NCBI GenBank assembly: GCA_963755125.1
Contig: CAVWIP010000008.1
Location: 256,001 to 320,000, forward strand
Source of the DNA: an uncultured delta proteobacterium
GTDB lineage: Bacteria > Myxococcota_A > Polyangia > Fen-1088
DNA length: 64,000 bases
Reading direction: 5' to 3'
Below the pieces are notes generated by a model. That model made no database searches and was not told where the DNA came from. It was given only the letters and a program-made list of their open reading frames with translations. Of the stretch, positions 20,208-28,773 are shown one piece after another. Numbering within the stretch: the first letter of the stretch is position 1; every line of letters begins with the position of its first letter. The position numbers and the translations under genes are program-made.

Positions 20208-20630
20208 ATGGAGATTGCCAGACACTGGAGATTGCAACGACACCGCTACGCGCTGGTGGGCGAGGTGTGCAACCACTGCGGCGTCAAGATCTTCCCGGCG
20301 CGCGACGTGTGCCCGCAGTGCAATGCCCCGGCCAAGACGCCGTTCACCTTCAGTGGCAAGGGTGAAATCTACTCGTACTCGACGGTGCACCACCCGCCCG
20401 AGGGGTTCGAGCACTTCGCGCCGTATGTGGTGGCCTTGGTGCGTCTGGCCGAGGGGCCGCTGGTGGCCGCGCAGTTGACCGACGTGGAAGGGGAGAAGAT
20501 CGAGATCGGGATGCCGGTGGAGATGGTCACGCGCAAGCTGCGCGACGACGGCAACAAGGGCACCATCGTCTACGGCTACAAGTTCCGTCCCGCGATCGCG
20601 TCCGCGGACGCAAAGGACGCTTCGGTTTAG
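20208..20630 (+). CDS. DUF35 Zn-ribbon/OB-fold scaffold protein
   Basis: CxxC-x10-CxxC, G.IYSYS.V, PY.VALV.L.EGP, IGM.VEMV.RK, YGYKFRP. Confidence 0.92.
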   Translation: MEIARHWRLQRHRYALVGEVCNHCGVKIFPARDVCPQCNAPAKTPFTFSGKGEIYSYSTVHHPPEGFEHFAPYVVALVRLAEGPLVAAQLTDVEGEKIEIGMPVEMVTRKLRDDGNKGTIVYGYKFRPAIASADAKDASV

Positions 20631-20664
20631 CCCGACTATCCCTACCGAATCCCGTCGTGGGAGG

Positions 20665-20689
20665 TGCGGAACCCTCTCAGGGTTCCGCA
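20665..20689. repeat. Palindromic REP-like element between convergent genes; possible terminator
   Basis: TGCGGAACCCT-CTC-AGGGTTCCGCA; same GGAACCCT-N3-AGGGTTCC core as the pilQ repeats. Confidence 0.6.
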
Positions 20690-20734
20690 GTTGATCGTCG
20701 GCCGTCAGTGAATCGAACAACCGATGCAGGAACG

Positions 20735-22744
20735 CTATGCCACGGCCGCCGCGTAGCGTGCCAGCGCCCATGTGGAAAAATAGCGCCGGTAGTTCTCGTA
20801 GTTGATGAGTGCCGTCTTGTTGAACACGCCCGAGAGCGACTGGCGAGGCCAATCACCATTGTCGAGTTGGGTCGTAACCAGGAAGCGGGCCGCACGCTGG
20901 CAGAGTGGATCTTGTGCTCGGCCCGCGCTGACCAGTGTGAGAAGCGCCCATGCGGTATTGACCGCGTGACTGGCACTCCACACGTAACGCCTCTCGCGGC
21001 AGCTCTCGCCGCTCTCGCCCCATCCACCGTCGGCGTTCTGGTGATCATGGAGAAACTCACACGCGCGCCGCAACGCCGGATCGCTGTTCTCCGCACCAGC
21101 GGCGAGGAGCCCACGCACGCCGAACCACGTGCCGTAGGTGAAGCACACCCCCCACGATCCTTCCCAGCTTCCGTCGGCGCGCTGACTGTCGCGCAAGAAG
21201 CGCTCGCCGCGGCGGATGGCCGCCCCGGCCTTTCGCCCCAAGAGATCGTCAAGCTTGCGGTCATGGCGTGCGGCGAAGTGGCGTCGGCAGAGCGCCAGGC
21301 TGTGCAGACACGCCGCCGTGCACTCGGGATACGAGTGATCGACCATGATGTCGCCGAACACGTGCGCCGGGTTGAGCGCCTCCAGCCAACGCCCGCCGCG
21401 CTGTCTTTCGTAGGTGGCCCACCCGCCATCGCGATTCTGCCAGCCCAGCAGCAGCTTGACCGCATCGAGGATGCGCTGGTCGGGAAGAGCGGGCAGCCCA
21501 GCGTCCTCCAGCATGATCGCCGCGGTCAGTCCCTCGGCGGTGCAGTCGGTGATGGGCCAGCCGTGCGCGCGATCAGAAAAGGGCCAGCCACCACGGCAGG
21601 GGTGCCGATAGTACCGCTGGTACTCCGGCGGATCTTCGAGCACCTGATTGTCGACAACGAAGGCGTGGGCGCGTTGCAGCGTCTCACGATGGGCTGTCCC
21701 CAGGGGGAGTTCCAGCATCGCCTGCACGGCAAACGCCGTGTCCCACAATGCGGTCGAGTTGTAGCCATTCATCTTGGTACCGTCGTGCCCGTCCCACAGG
21801 TACCCTTCGAGGGCTGCGAAACTCCGCTCCGTCGCGTCGCTCTGTGGTGATTGGAAGAAGTGCACGAGCGTGTTGAGCACGGCATTGACCGGGCCGATGC
21901 GGATGAACTGGGTGGCGCGGTCCTCGAACTCGATGTGGTGCAAGAGCCGCGCGAGCGAGCGCTCACGAAACCCCCGCGCGTGCACGCGCTCGTACAGGCC
22001 CGTGACGAAGTTCACCGCTTTCAGCGCCGACGATGTCGGCGCGTAGACATCGCCTGCGGCGATGGTGTTGCGGTGCTCGGCGAAACGAATGCTGTCGTAG
22101 GGACGATCGTAAATCTCGCGCCGGAGAGCGTGGGTGAGATCGTCGGCCGGCATCCGCGCTTTCATGCCATACAGGTGCGCCATGGGCAGATACACTTGCC
22201 GACAGTGACACCACAGGCGGCTGGGATGGAACGGCAGACTGGTGGGCAAGAGCCACAATTCCGGCAGGATCGGTTGCAGACCGTCGTATTCATAAAGATT
22301 GAGGAGCGCGAGCGTGAACTTGCCCCAACTGGCGCACGCCAGCGCCGTGCCGTGCGCGTGGATGAACCCTCGTGCCTTGGCGACCCGCTCGTCGTCGGGC
22401 GCAAGCCCGAGGAACCGAAGTGCCACGTAGCACAAGACAGTCGTGAACAAGCAACCGGAGCTTTCGACGTGCAAGCCAAAACTGCCGTCGGCGCCCTGGT
22501 GTGCGCAAAGATAGGCGACCATGCCGGTGCGCCTTTCGCGTTCGATCGGCCTTCCGCCGATGTGGCGAGCCGCCAGATACATCGGCAGAAGGAACATCGG
22601 TCCGCCGTAATCGCCGCGCCAGGCTCCGTCGGCCCCCTGTTGCGAGGCAAGAAAGTCGAGACCGCGCGCAACGGCGCGTTCGCACGAGGCGCGATCCGCG
22701 CCGAAGCTGGTCGGCCCGCCGGTCGCTGTGCTGGTCCCTTTCAC
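20735..22744 (-). CDS. osc: 2,3-oxidosqualene cyclase, cycloartenol-synthase signature
   Basis: DYGGPMFLLP, LWCHCRQVYLPM, MNGYN..LWDTAF, HGWPITDCTAE, QW repeats (Q..DG.W), GSWGVCFTYGTWF. GTG start chosen for its GTGA overlap with the U32 stop; alternative start 22759. Confidence 0.93.
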   Translation of the reverse strand: MKGTSTATGGPTSFGADRASCERAVARGLDFLASQQGADGAWRGDYGGPMFLLPMYLAARHIGGRPIERERRTGMVAYLCAHQGADGSFGLHVESSGCLFTTVLCYVALRFLGLAPDDERVAKARGFIHAHGTALACASWGKFTLALLNLYEYDGLQPILPELWLLPTSLPFHPSRLWCHCRQVYLPMAHLYGMKARMPADDLTHALRREIYDRPYDSIRFAEHRNTIAAGDVYAPTSSALKAVNFVTGLYERVHARGFRERSLARLLHHIEFEDRATQFIRIGPVNAVLNTLVHFFQSPQSDATERSFAALEGYLWDGHDGTKMNGYNSTALWDTAFAVQAMLELPLGTAHRETLQRAHAFVVDNQVLEDPPEYQRYYRHPCRGGWPFSDRAHGWPITDCTAEGLTAAIMLEDAGLPALPDQRILDAVKLLLGWQNRDGGWATYERQRGGRWLEALNPAHVFGDIMVDHSYPECTAACLHSLALCRRHFAARHDRKLDDLLGRKAGAAIRRGERFLRDSQRADGSWEGSWGVCFTYGTWFGVRGLLAAGAENSDPALRRACEFLHDHQNADGGWGESGESCRERRYVWSASHAVNTAWALLTLVSAGRAQDPLCQRAARFLVTTQLDNGDWPRQSLSGVFNKTALINYENYRRYFSTWALARYAAAVA

Positions 22745-24015
22745 GCAGGGTTCCGCCACAGTCGCCGCACCATCTGCGAAGCGGTGCGCGTGTACGGCTC
22801 CCAGAAAGCGCCTCCCTCGATATCGCCGAGCAAGTCCTGGTACATCGGTTCCAGCTTCGCGCGCCAATTTGCATCGACGGTGATCGCGCGCGCCGCCCAC
22901 TCGTGGCAGTAGCGACAGCTCTCGCAATCGGTCGACTGGCAGTTCTGCTCGGTGAAGCGATCGAGAAAGCCGTCGAGCGCGCGATTGTCGATGGTGACCG
23001 GATTCGCGCCCTCTCTGGGATAGAGCATGCTGGCAGCGTGCCCGAAATCGATCAGCTTGCGGAAGCGCAGCAGGTTGATGGTGCGCGGTTTGATGAAGTA
23101 CTTGAGCATGCGCCTGAACGAATAGGCGTCCCTGCCCACAGCGCCGAGCTTGTCCTTCGGATAGGCGTAGTTCTGCACGAGATCGAGGAGGTTGCCATCG
23201 TAGCGCCGTTCCGAGTAGGCCTTGACCCGTTCGAGCAGGATCTGCGTCGGGGTGTTACGCTCGACGATCTTGAAGGTTTCGTACCCGAGCTTCTCGTAGT
23301 GGTGCAGGTCCTCGGGGCGAATCCAGTTGGCGCGAATGTAGTTGACGGGATCGCGCAAGCGAATCTGGTTGCACAGGATCGAGCAGTAATCGAGCGGGAA
23401 CCCCCGACTCTTGGCTTGCGATGCTGCCGACAGAGCCACCGCGTGGTTGCCGGCGATGGCGCAGTCCTGGCGACACCAGTTGTTGACGATGAGCTGCAAG
23501 TCGACCCCTTGCGCGGCTTGCTTCATCGCCGCCAGGGTTTTGAACTCGCGATGCACCCCGACTTCGGAGACGACGATGACGTCGGCGCCGTGGTCAACCC
23601 AGAAGCGCACCTTGCGCGGCGTATCGGTGAAACGATGCGAGCTTACGCGAACGCTCAGGCGCGGATGGCGTCGCTTGATGAGCCGCAGGAAGTAGACGTT
23701 GGCGACGGTGATCGAATCGACGCCGATGCCGTCCACCCATTCGAGCATCTCCTCCATCTTGCGCTGCCCGATGCGCGTGAACTCGGTATTGCCCATGGCC
23801 GATGCGTTGAGCAGATAGTTGAACTGGATGCCGTTTTCGTGCGCCGTCTTCACGGTCCGCTCAAGCACGCGGCGATTCACTTGGGGCAAGTAGAAGGCGG
23901 GGCGCCCGCCGCCGAAGTAGTCGGTGGTGAGCTTGCCGTAGACCTCGTACACGGGGTAACCGGCAAGGCCCTTCATGAGCGCTTCATCGAAGTTACAGGC
24001 GACGGAGAGCTTCAT
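22741..24015 (-). CDS. U32 peptidase-family (Fe-S, UbiU/RlhA/TrhP-related) protein
   Basis: GGGR, AHE.GI.FNYLLNA, NNWCRQDC, YCSILC, WIRPEDL..Y...G...FKI.ER, C-terminal CQSTDCESCRYC; RBS GAAAGG. Confidence 0.8.
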   Translation of the reverse strand: MKLSVACNFDEALMKGLAGYPVYEVYGKLTTDYFGGGRPAFYLPQVNRRVLERTVKTAHENGIQFNYLLNASAMGNTEFTRIGQRKMEEMLEWVDGIGVDSITVANVYFLRLIKRRHPRLSVRVSSHRFTDTPRKVRFWVDHGADVIVVSEVGVHREFKTLAAMKQAAQGVDLQLIVNNWCRQDCAIAGNHAVALSAASQAKSRGFPLDYCSILCNQIRLRDPVNYIRANWIRPEDLHHYEKLGYETFKIVERNTPTQILLERVKAYSERRYDGNLLDLVQNYAYPKDKLGAVGRDAYSFRRMLKYFIKPRTINLLRFRKLIDFGHAASMLYPREGANPVTIDNRALDGFLDRFTEQNCQSTDCESCRYCHEWAARAITVDANWRAKLEPMYQDLLGDIEGGAFWEPYTRTASQMVRRLWRNPA

Positions 24016-24056
24016 CGTGTGGCACCTTTCGTCTCGCGGAAAGAATGGATCATATT

Positions 24057-24072
24057 TGCAAACCTTGAACCA
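24057..24072 (-). promoter_or_regulatory. Sigma54 (-24/-12) promoter for the U32-osc operon
   Basis: Minus strand TGGTTCAAGGTTTGCA, exact GG-N10-GC spacing, 41 bp upstream of the ATG. Confidence 0.65.
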
Positions 24073-24149
24073 CCTCTCTTGCTCGCGCACCCTCTAAAAT
24101 TTTCTGGCAGTTGAGCTGTGACGCGATCATGACACCCAGCCCCCCTAGC

Positions 24150-24181
24150 GTGCAGAAGCACACCAGCGTGCGAAATCGCAC
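24150..24181. promoter_or_regulatory. Two adjacent palindromes, candidate enhancer-binding-protein sites
   Basis: GTGC-AGAA-GCAC (24150-24161) and GTGCGA-AA-TCGCAC (24168-24181), about 80-110 bp upstream of the sigma54 site. Confidence 0.5.
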
Positions 24182-24196
24182 ACGCCAAACCCCATC

Positions 24197-26110
24197 ATGA
24201 GCGATTCCGGTTGGGCGCGAACTGCGCGGTCGAGTATCATCCGCGTGGCCATCATGGTGGGGTCCACCAACCTCAAGCAGTTCTTGGAAGCCGCGTTGCG
24301 CGGCGCCGCGAAAATTGTCGGCTGCGGTTCCACCAACCTGATTCTTTTCAACGAGAAGAAGCAGGAAATTCGCGTTCACCTGGGTATCACGGCCGACGCC
24401 TTTCCCGTTATCGCCGAGATTGAGAAGATGCTGGGTGCGCAGTTCCCGGGGTTCTCGTGGCCGATGAGTAGCGCCGAGGGCAGCCTGGTCACTCGCTCCT
24501 GGCGCGAGGCCTCGTTTTGCGAAACGACCTCGCTCAAGGAGCTGGTGGGCGCAGCCTTGCCCCCCTTGATACTTGCGGCAACCGCGCGTCTCATCGGCGA
24601 GCGTGACTTTGCCTGCGTCCCGGCGCTCAGTAGCACACGAAACTACGGTGTCCTCCTCTTCGAAAAGGAGGGCACCCTGCCGTTCAACCGCCAGCAGCGC
24701 GAAGTGCTCTTGCGCTACGCCCGGCGCATTGGTGAGATTCTCGAAAACGATCTCATGGGTCAGAGCCAAACGCTCTTCGACCACCTCCCCGATGACGAAC
24801 CCGATAGCCTGCTCTTCGATGCCCGCGGCGGGTTGCGCGGCCATGGCCCGCGCGGCGGTGCCGCCCTTGAGCGGGTCCTGCGCGAGGGCGACCTCATGCG
24901 CACCATTGGCACGAACGCCCGCGCCTTTCTTGAGGGGCCGCAGTCGGAGCGTGAGCGCAGCCTTGATCTCGACGGCGAACTCCGCATCACGTTGTCGCGC
25001 CTCGATTTCGACGGCACGCAGGGTGTTCTCTGCATGCTCTCCTCGCCGCGACAGGCGGCCGCCTCGCTCGAAAATCAACTCGTGCGCCTGACTCTGGGCG
25101 ACCCCGCGCCCGCGCTCTTTGTCGATCCGGAGCTTCGCGTCAGCTCGTGCAATCCCGCCACGAAACAGCTACTGGGCTGCGAGGCGGAAAATATCACCGG
25201 CCAGCCGATCAGCGCGCTCTTCTCGGCGCCCGACGAGGTCATGGATATTCTCACCCATCAGACCTTGGATCCGCAAAAAGCATATTCCGAGCGCGCCACG
25301 GTGGTGCGTCGCCGCGACGGATCGCTGGTCCCGGTGCGCGTCGAGGCGCTGCTCCTCGCCGACGACTTTCACCAGCTCGTGGGCTTCCTGCTGGTGCTGC
25401 GCGAGCCGAGCAAGCGAGATTCCGACCATCTGGTACAGCAGGAACGCCTCGCCACCATGGGGGAAATGGCAGCTCATCTGGCTCACGAGATTCGCAATCC
25501 TCTCGTCGCGATTGGCGCCACGCTCGAAAGTCTCATCCGCGAGCCGGAAACTGCGGCCAGCCAGCGTGCGATTCTGGCCGCGCTGGTGAAAGAGATCGTG
25601 CGCATGGACATGACCCTCAAAGACTACCTCGCCGCACGCCGCGAGATGGCCGTCACTCAGGTACGCGTGGCAGAGTTGCTAGACGACGCGCGCCGCTTGC
25701 TGGCGGGCGCCCATCGCCTGGCCGGCAAGACCATTCGCTGCCAGGTGGATCCCGAGCTGACCATCGAGGCTGACTACGAGGCCATGAAGCAGGTGGTGTT
25801 CAACCTGCTGCTCAACGCACTCGAGGCCACCCCTGCCGCGGGCGAGGTCACGTGTCACGTCGCACAGAGTGGCTTTGAACTGGCCATTACCGTCGAGGAC
25901 CGCGGGCCAGGTTTGCCCGCTAGCGCGGCGGACTGCCTGCGCCCCTTCTTCACCACCAAGAAGAACGGGACCGGCCTGGGGTTGGCCGTCTGCCAGAAGA
26001 TCGCGCGCGCCCACGGCGGCTTCGTCGATCTGAGGAATCGCGACGGAGGCGGGTGCCAGGCGACGGTGGTGCTCCCCAGGCGCCCGTGCGCGATCGACGG
26101 TGCGGCATGA
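24197..26110 (+). CDS. Cytoplasmic sensor histidine kinase (GAF-like + PAS + HisKA + HATPase)
   Basis: LAHEIRNPL, QVVFNLLLNALEA, D.GPG, PFFTTKKNGTGLGL; PAS-like N.A...LLG...RRRDGS; no obvious TM helix. Confidence 0.9.
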   Translation: MSDSGWARTARSSIIRVAIMVGSTNLKQFLEAALRGAAKIVGCGSTNLILFNEKKQEIRVHLGITADAFPVIAEIEKMLGAQFPGFSWPMSSAEGSLVTRSWREASFCETTSLKELVGAALPPLILAATARLIGERDFACVPALSSTRNYGVLLFEKEGTLPFNRQQREVLLRYARRIGEILENDLMGQSQTLFDHLPDDEPDSLLFDARGGLRGHGPRGGAALERVLREGDLMRTIGTNARAFLEGPQSERERSLDLDGELRITLSRLDFDGTQGVLCMLSSPRQAAASLENQLVRLTLGDPAPALFVDPELRVSSCNPATKQLLGCEAENITGQPISALFSAPDEVMDILTHQTLDPQKAYSERATVVRRRDGSLVPVRVEALLLADDFHQLVGFLLVLREPSKRDSDHLVQQERLATMGEMAAHLAHEIRNPLVAIGATLESLIREPETAASQRAILAALVKEIVRMDMTLKDYLAARREMAVTQVRVAELLDDARRLLAGAHRLAGKTIRCQVDPELTIEADYEAMKQVVFNLLLNALEATPAAGEVTCHVAQSGFELAITVEDRGPGLPASAADCLRPFFTTKKNGTGLGLAVCQKIARAHGGFVDLRNRDGGGCQATVVLPRRPCAIDGAA

Positions 26111-27498
26111 GTCAGCCCTTCTGGGCCCTGATCGTCGACGACGAGGATCTCTACGCCCAAGCCATCGGGCGCGAGATCGGGCGTCAGGGCATCTGTTGCG
26201 ATCTCGCCTACACCTGCCGCGAGGCGCTCGAATTCGCTGCCATTCGGCAGTATGGCGTGATCCTGCTCGATCATCGCCTGCCGGATGACGATGGCATTCG
26301 CATCATCCCGCAACTCCTCATGCGGCAACCTGACGCCGCGCTGGTCATGATGACGGCTTACCAGACCATCCCCAACGCCGTGCGCGCGATCCGTCACGGC
26401 GCCGAGGACTACATCGTCAAGGAGGCCAGCGTCGCTCCGATCCTCGAACGCGTTCTCGAGCTGCGCCGGCGCGCCCAACTGCGCGAGGAGGCGCACGGCA
26501 TCGCCGAGGCGGAGTGTCGGGGACTGCTCGGTCGATCGAGCGCGATGCGCCTGGTGATCGACGAGCTGAGCAAGGTGGCCGCGGCCAAGGACACGACGCT
26601 GCTGCTCACCGGAGAAACCGGCGTCGGCAAAGAAGTGGCGTGTCGTTTCGTTCATTCCCTGTCGCGTCCTGCGGCCTCGCCGCTGGTCGTGGTCGACTGT
26701 CTCGCCTTGCCCGAGAATCTGGTGGAGAGTCTGCTTTTCGGGCATGAGCGCGGCGCCTTCACCGGCGCCCAGGAGTTACGCACCGGCGCCTTCGAGGAAG
26801 CCCGCGACGGCACGGTTTTTCTCGACGAGATCGGCGACATGGAGCTGGGTCAGGGAAAGCTACTGCGCGTGCTCGAGAGCCGCAGCTTTCGCCGTTTGGG
26901 ATCGAGTCGCGAGATTCCGCTCAAGGCCCGCGTGGTCGCTGCCACCAACCAGGATCTGCCCGCCCTGGTGCAGGCGGGCCGCTTTCGCCAGGATCTCTTC
27001 CAACGGCTCGCGGTCTTCCCCATCCGCATCCCGCCCTTGCGCGAACGCGGGGACGACATCCTGCTCTTGGCGGAACACTTCCGCACTCTCTTTGCTGAGC
27101 GTTTGAACAAGCCCACCGAGCCATTTTCCACGGAGGTCAGCCAAGCCCTGTTGGGCTACGCCTACCCGGGCAACGTGCGTGAGTTGAAGAACATCATCGA
27201 GCGCGCCGTCATCTTGACGGAATCGCCGCGCATCGAGCTTAGGCACTTGCCCCAGCGCGTGCTCTCGCTCGGCCGCAAGGGATCGTTGCCCCCCACCCAA
27301 CCGATCGAGGTGGTGCCAGGCGTGGATTCGCTGGTCGACGTCGAGGCGCGCATGATCCGTCAGGCGATGAGCCGCGCCGGCAATGTCCGCACAGAGGCAG
27401 CCAAGCTCCTGGGCATCAGTCGTTTTCAGCTGCTGCGGCGTATGCGGAAATTTGGCATGAGCACTCAGTCTGAGAAAAGTTTCCCCAGGAACTCATGA
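26107..27498 (+). CDS. Sigma54-dependent response regulator (NtrC family)
   Basis: Receiver (VDDE, LLD, MMT, K), GETGVGKE, GAFTGA, FLDEIG, PGNVREL, C-terminal HTH; ATGA overlap with the kinase. Confidence 0.95.
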   Translation: MSQPFWALIVDDEDLYAQAIGREIGRQGICCDLAYTCREALEFAAIRQYGVILLDHRLPDDDGIRIIPQLLMRQPDAALVMMTAYQTIPNAVRAIRHGAEDYIVKEASVAPILERVLELRRRAQLREEAHGIAEAECRGLLGRSSAMRLVIDELSKVAAAKDTTLLLTGETGVGKEVACRFVHSLSRPAASPLVVVDCLALPENLVESLLFGHERGAFTGAQELRTGAFEEARDGTVFLDEIGDMELGQGKLLRVLESRSFRRLGSSREIPLKARVVAATNQDLPALVQAGRFRQDLFQRLAVFPIRIPPLRERGDDILLLAEHFRTLFAERLNKPTEPFSTEVSQALLGYAYPGNVRELKNIIERAVILTESPRIELRHLPQRVLSLGRKGSLPPTQPIEVVPGVDSLVDVEARMIRQAMSRAGNVRTEAAKLLGISRFQLLRRMRKFGMSTQSEKSFPRNS

Positions 27499-27516
27499 GA
27501 GAGGTTTGAGCAGGCC

Positions 27517-28707
27517 ATGACCATGAAGCGTGATCGCGCCCACCAGTCGGCCACCCTCCGCTCGCGCACAGCCGCAAGCCGCGCAAAAGGCGACTCCCCC
27601 AGAGGTGAGCCCGATGCGATTCCATGGAAGAAATTCAGCGGGCGCATCAGTTACTCGTCGTGCAACGAAGACTCCCGCAGCGAGCTCAAAGCCCTGCGCA
27701 TCGGCCCCGGTAAACGCGTGTTCTGCATCACCGCCGGCGGAGGACGCGTGCTCAACCTGCTTCACGATCGTCCCCAGGAGATTCTGGCGGTCGACGTGAA
27801 CCCGACGCAGAATCATTTGCTCGAGTTGAAGATCGCGGCCATGTGCGCGCTCAGTTACGAGCCCTACCTCGCGTTCTTGGGGGTGAGGCGCGCGCGCGAT
27901 CGACTGAAGGTCTACCAAGACTTGCGGCCCGCTCTCTCCGGCGCGGCGGGAGACTACTTTGATGCGCACCCGGAACTGGTGCGGCGTGGTGTGCTCTTCC
28001 AGGGGAGCCTCGAGCGCTTTCTGGTACACGTCTCGCGCATCTCGCACGCGGTGCGCCCAATTTGGATCAGGCGGCTGTTCAAGTTCGACGATATGGCAAA
28101 ACAGCGCCACTTCCTCGACGGGTGGAACACGCGCGCATGGCGTTTTGTCGGCGAAATGCTGTGCCGCCGCTCCTTCCTCGAGCTGTTCTCGCGCGATCCG
28201 GGTTTCTGGCGTTTCGTGCCGCCCGAGGTTCCCTTGCACCGGCGCATCTTCGATCTCATGCACCGGTACCTGTGCAACCACCTCGCGCGTGACAGTCACC
28301 TTCTTCAGCTGGTCTTCTTTGCGCGCTACATCTACGAGCCCGCGATGCCCATCTATCTTCTGCCAGGCTCGTATGAGCGCATCCGCGAGGCCCTCAAGAC
28401 CACGCAGGTCACCATCGTGACAGCGCCGGCCTCCGCCGCTCTTGCCGATGTCGCCGACCGCAGCCTGGACGCCTACTCGATCGCCGACGTATCCTCGTAT
28501 CTCAGCGAGACTGATTTCGGCACCTTCATGGACCAAATCATGCGAACCGCTCGCGCCGAGGCGCGGCTGTGCTCGCGCGGCATCTTCGTGCATCGGCCGC
28601 TGCCCCCCGACCACGCTCGTCGCGTACGGCGCGACCACAACCTCGAACGGAAGCTGTCCTTCGACGACGTTGCGATGGTGCACGAGTTCCTGGTGGGCAC
28701 GCTGTAG
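27517..28707 (+). CDS. DUF3419 / BtaA-like SAM-dependent 3-amino-3-carboxypropyl transferase
   Basis: YSSCNEDSRSELKAL, CITAGG.R.L.LL, AVD.NP.Q.HLLELK, G.LERF. Confidence 0.8.
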   Translation: MTMKRDRAHQSATLRSRTAASRAKGDSPRGEPDAIPWKKFSGRISYSSCNEDSRSELKALRIGPGKRVFCITAGGGRVLNLLHDRPQEILAVDVNPTQNHLLELKIAAMCALSYEPYLAFLGVRRARDRLKVYQDLRPALSGAAGDYFDAHPELVRRGVLFQGSLERFLVHVSRISHAVRPIWIRRLFKFDDMAKQRHFLDGWNTRAWRFVGEMLCRRSFLELFSRDPGFWRFVPPEVPLHRRIFDLMHRYLCNHLARDSHLLQLVFFARYIYEPAMPIYLLPGSYERIREALKTTQVTIVTAPASAALADVADRSLDAYSIADVSSYLSETDFGTFMDQIMRTARAEARLCSRGIFVHRPLPPDHARRVRRDHNLERKLSFDDVAMVHEFLVGTL

Positions 28708-28773
28708 ACCGAAGGCCCCGTCCGACCTTCGACGTGGCGCCGGTCTCGTGAGGGGCAGCGCGTCCCGATCCGC

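Noticed and set aside
17886..20630. PhlABC phloroglucinol acetyltransferase cluster
   Set aside because: The first gene keeps the HMG-CoA synthase catalytic Glu/Cys/His motifs, and there is no PhlD-type polyketide synthase nearby.
20735..22744. Squalene-hopene cyclase call
   Set aside because: The catalytic motif is DCTAE, not DXDD, and WCHCR and GYN match oxidosqualene cyclases.
22741..24015. Collagenase/protease function for the U32 gene
   Set aside because: No signal peptide, Cys clusters suggest Fe-S binding, and the gene is coupled to a lipid cyclase. The protease label is historical, though not formally excluded.
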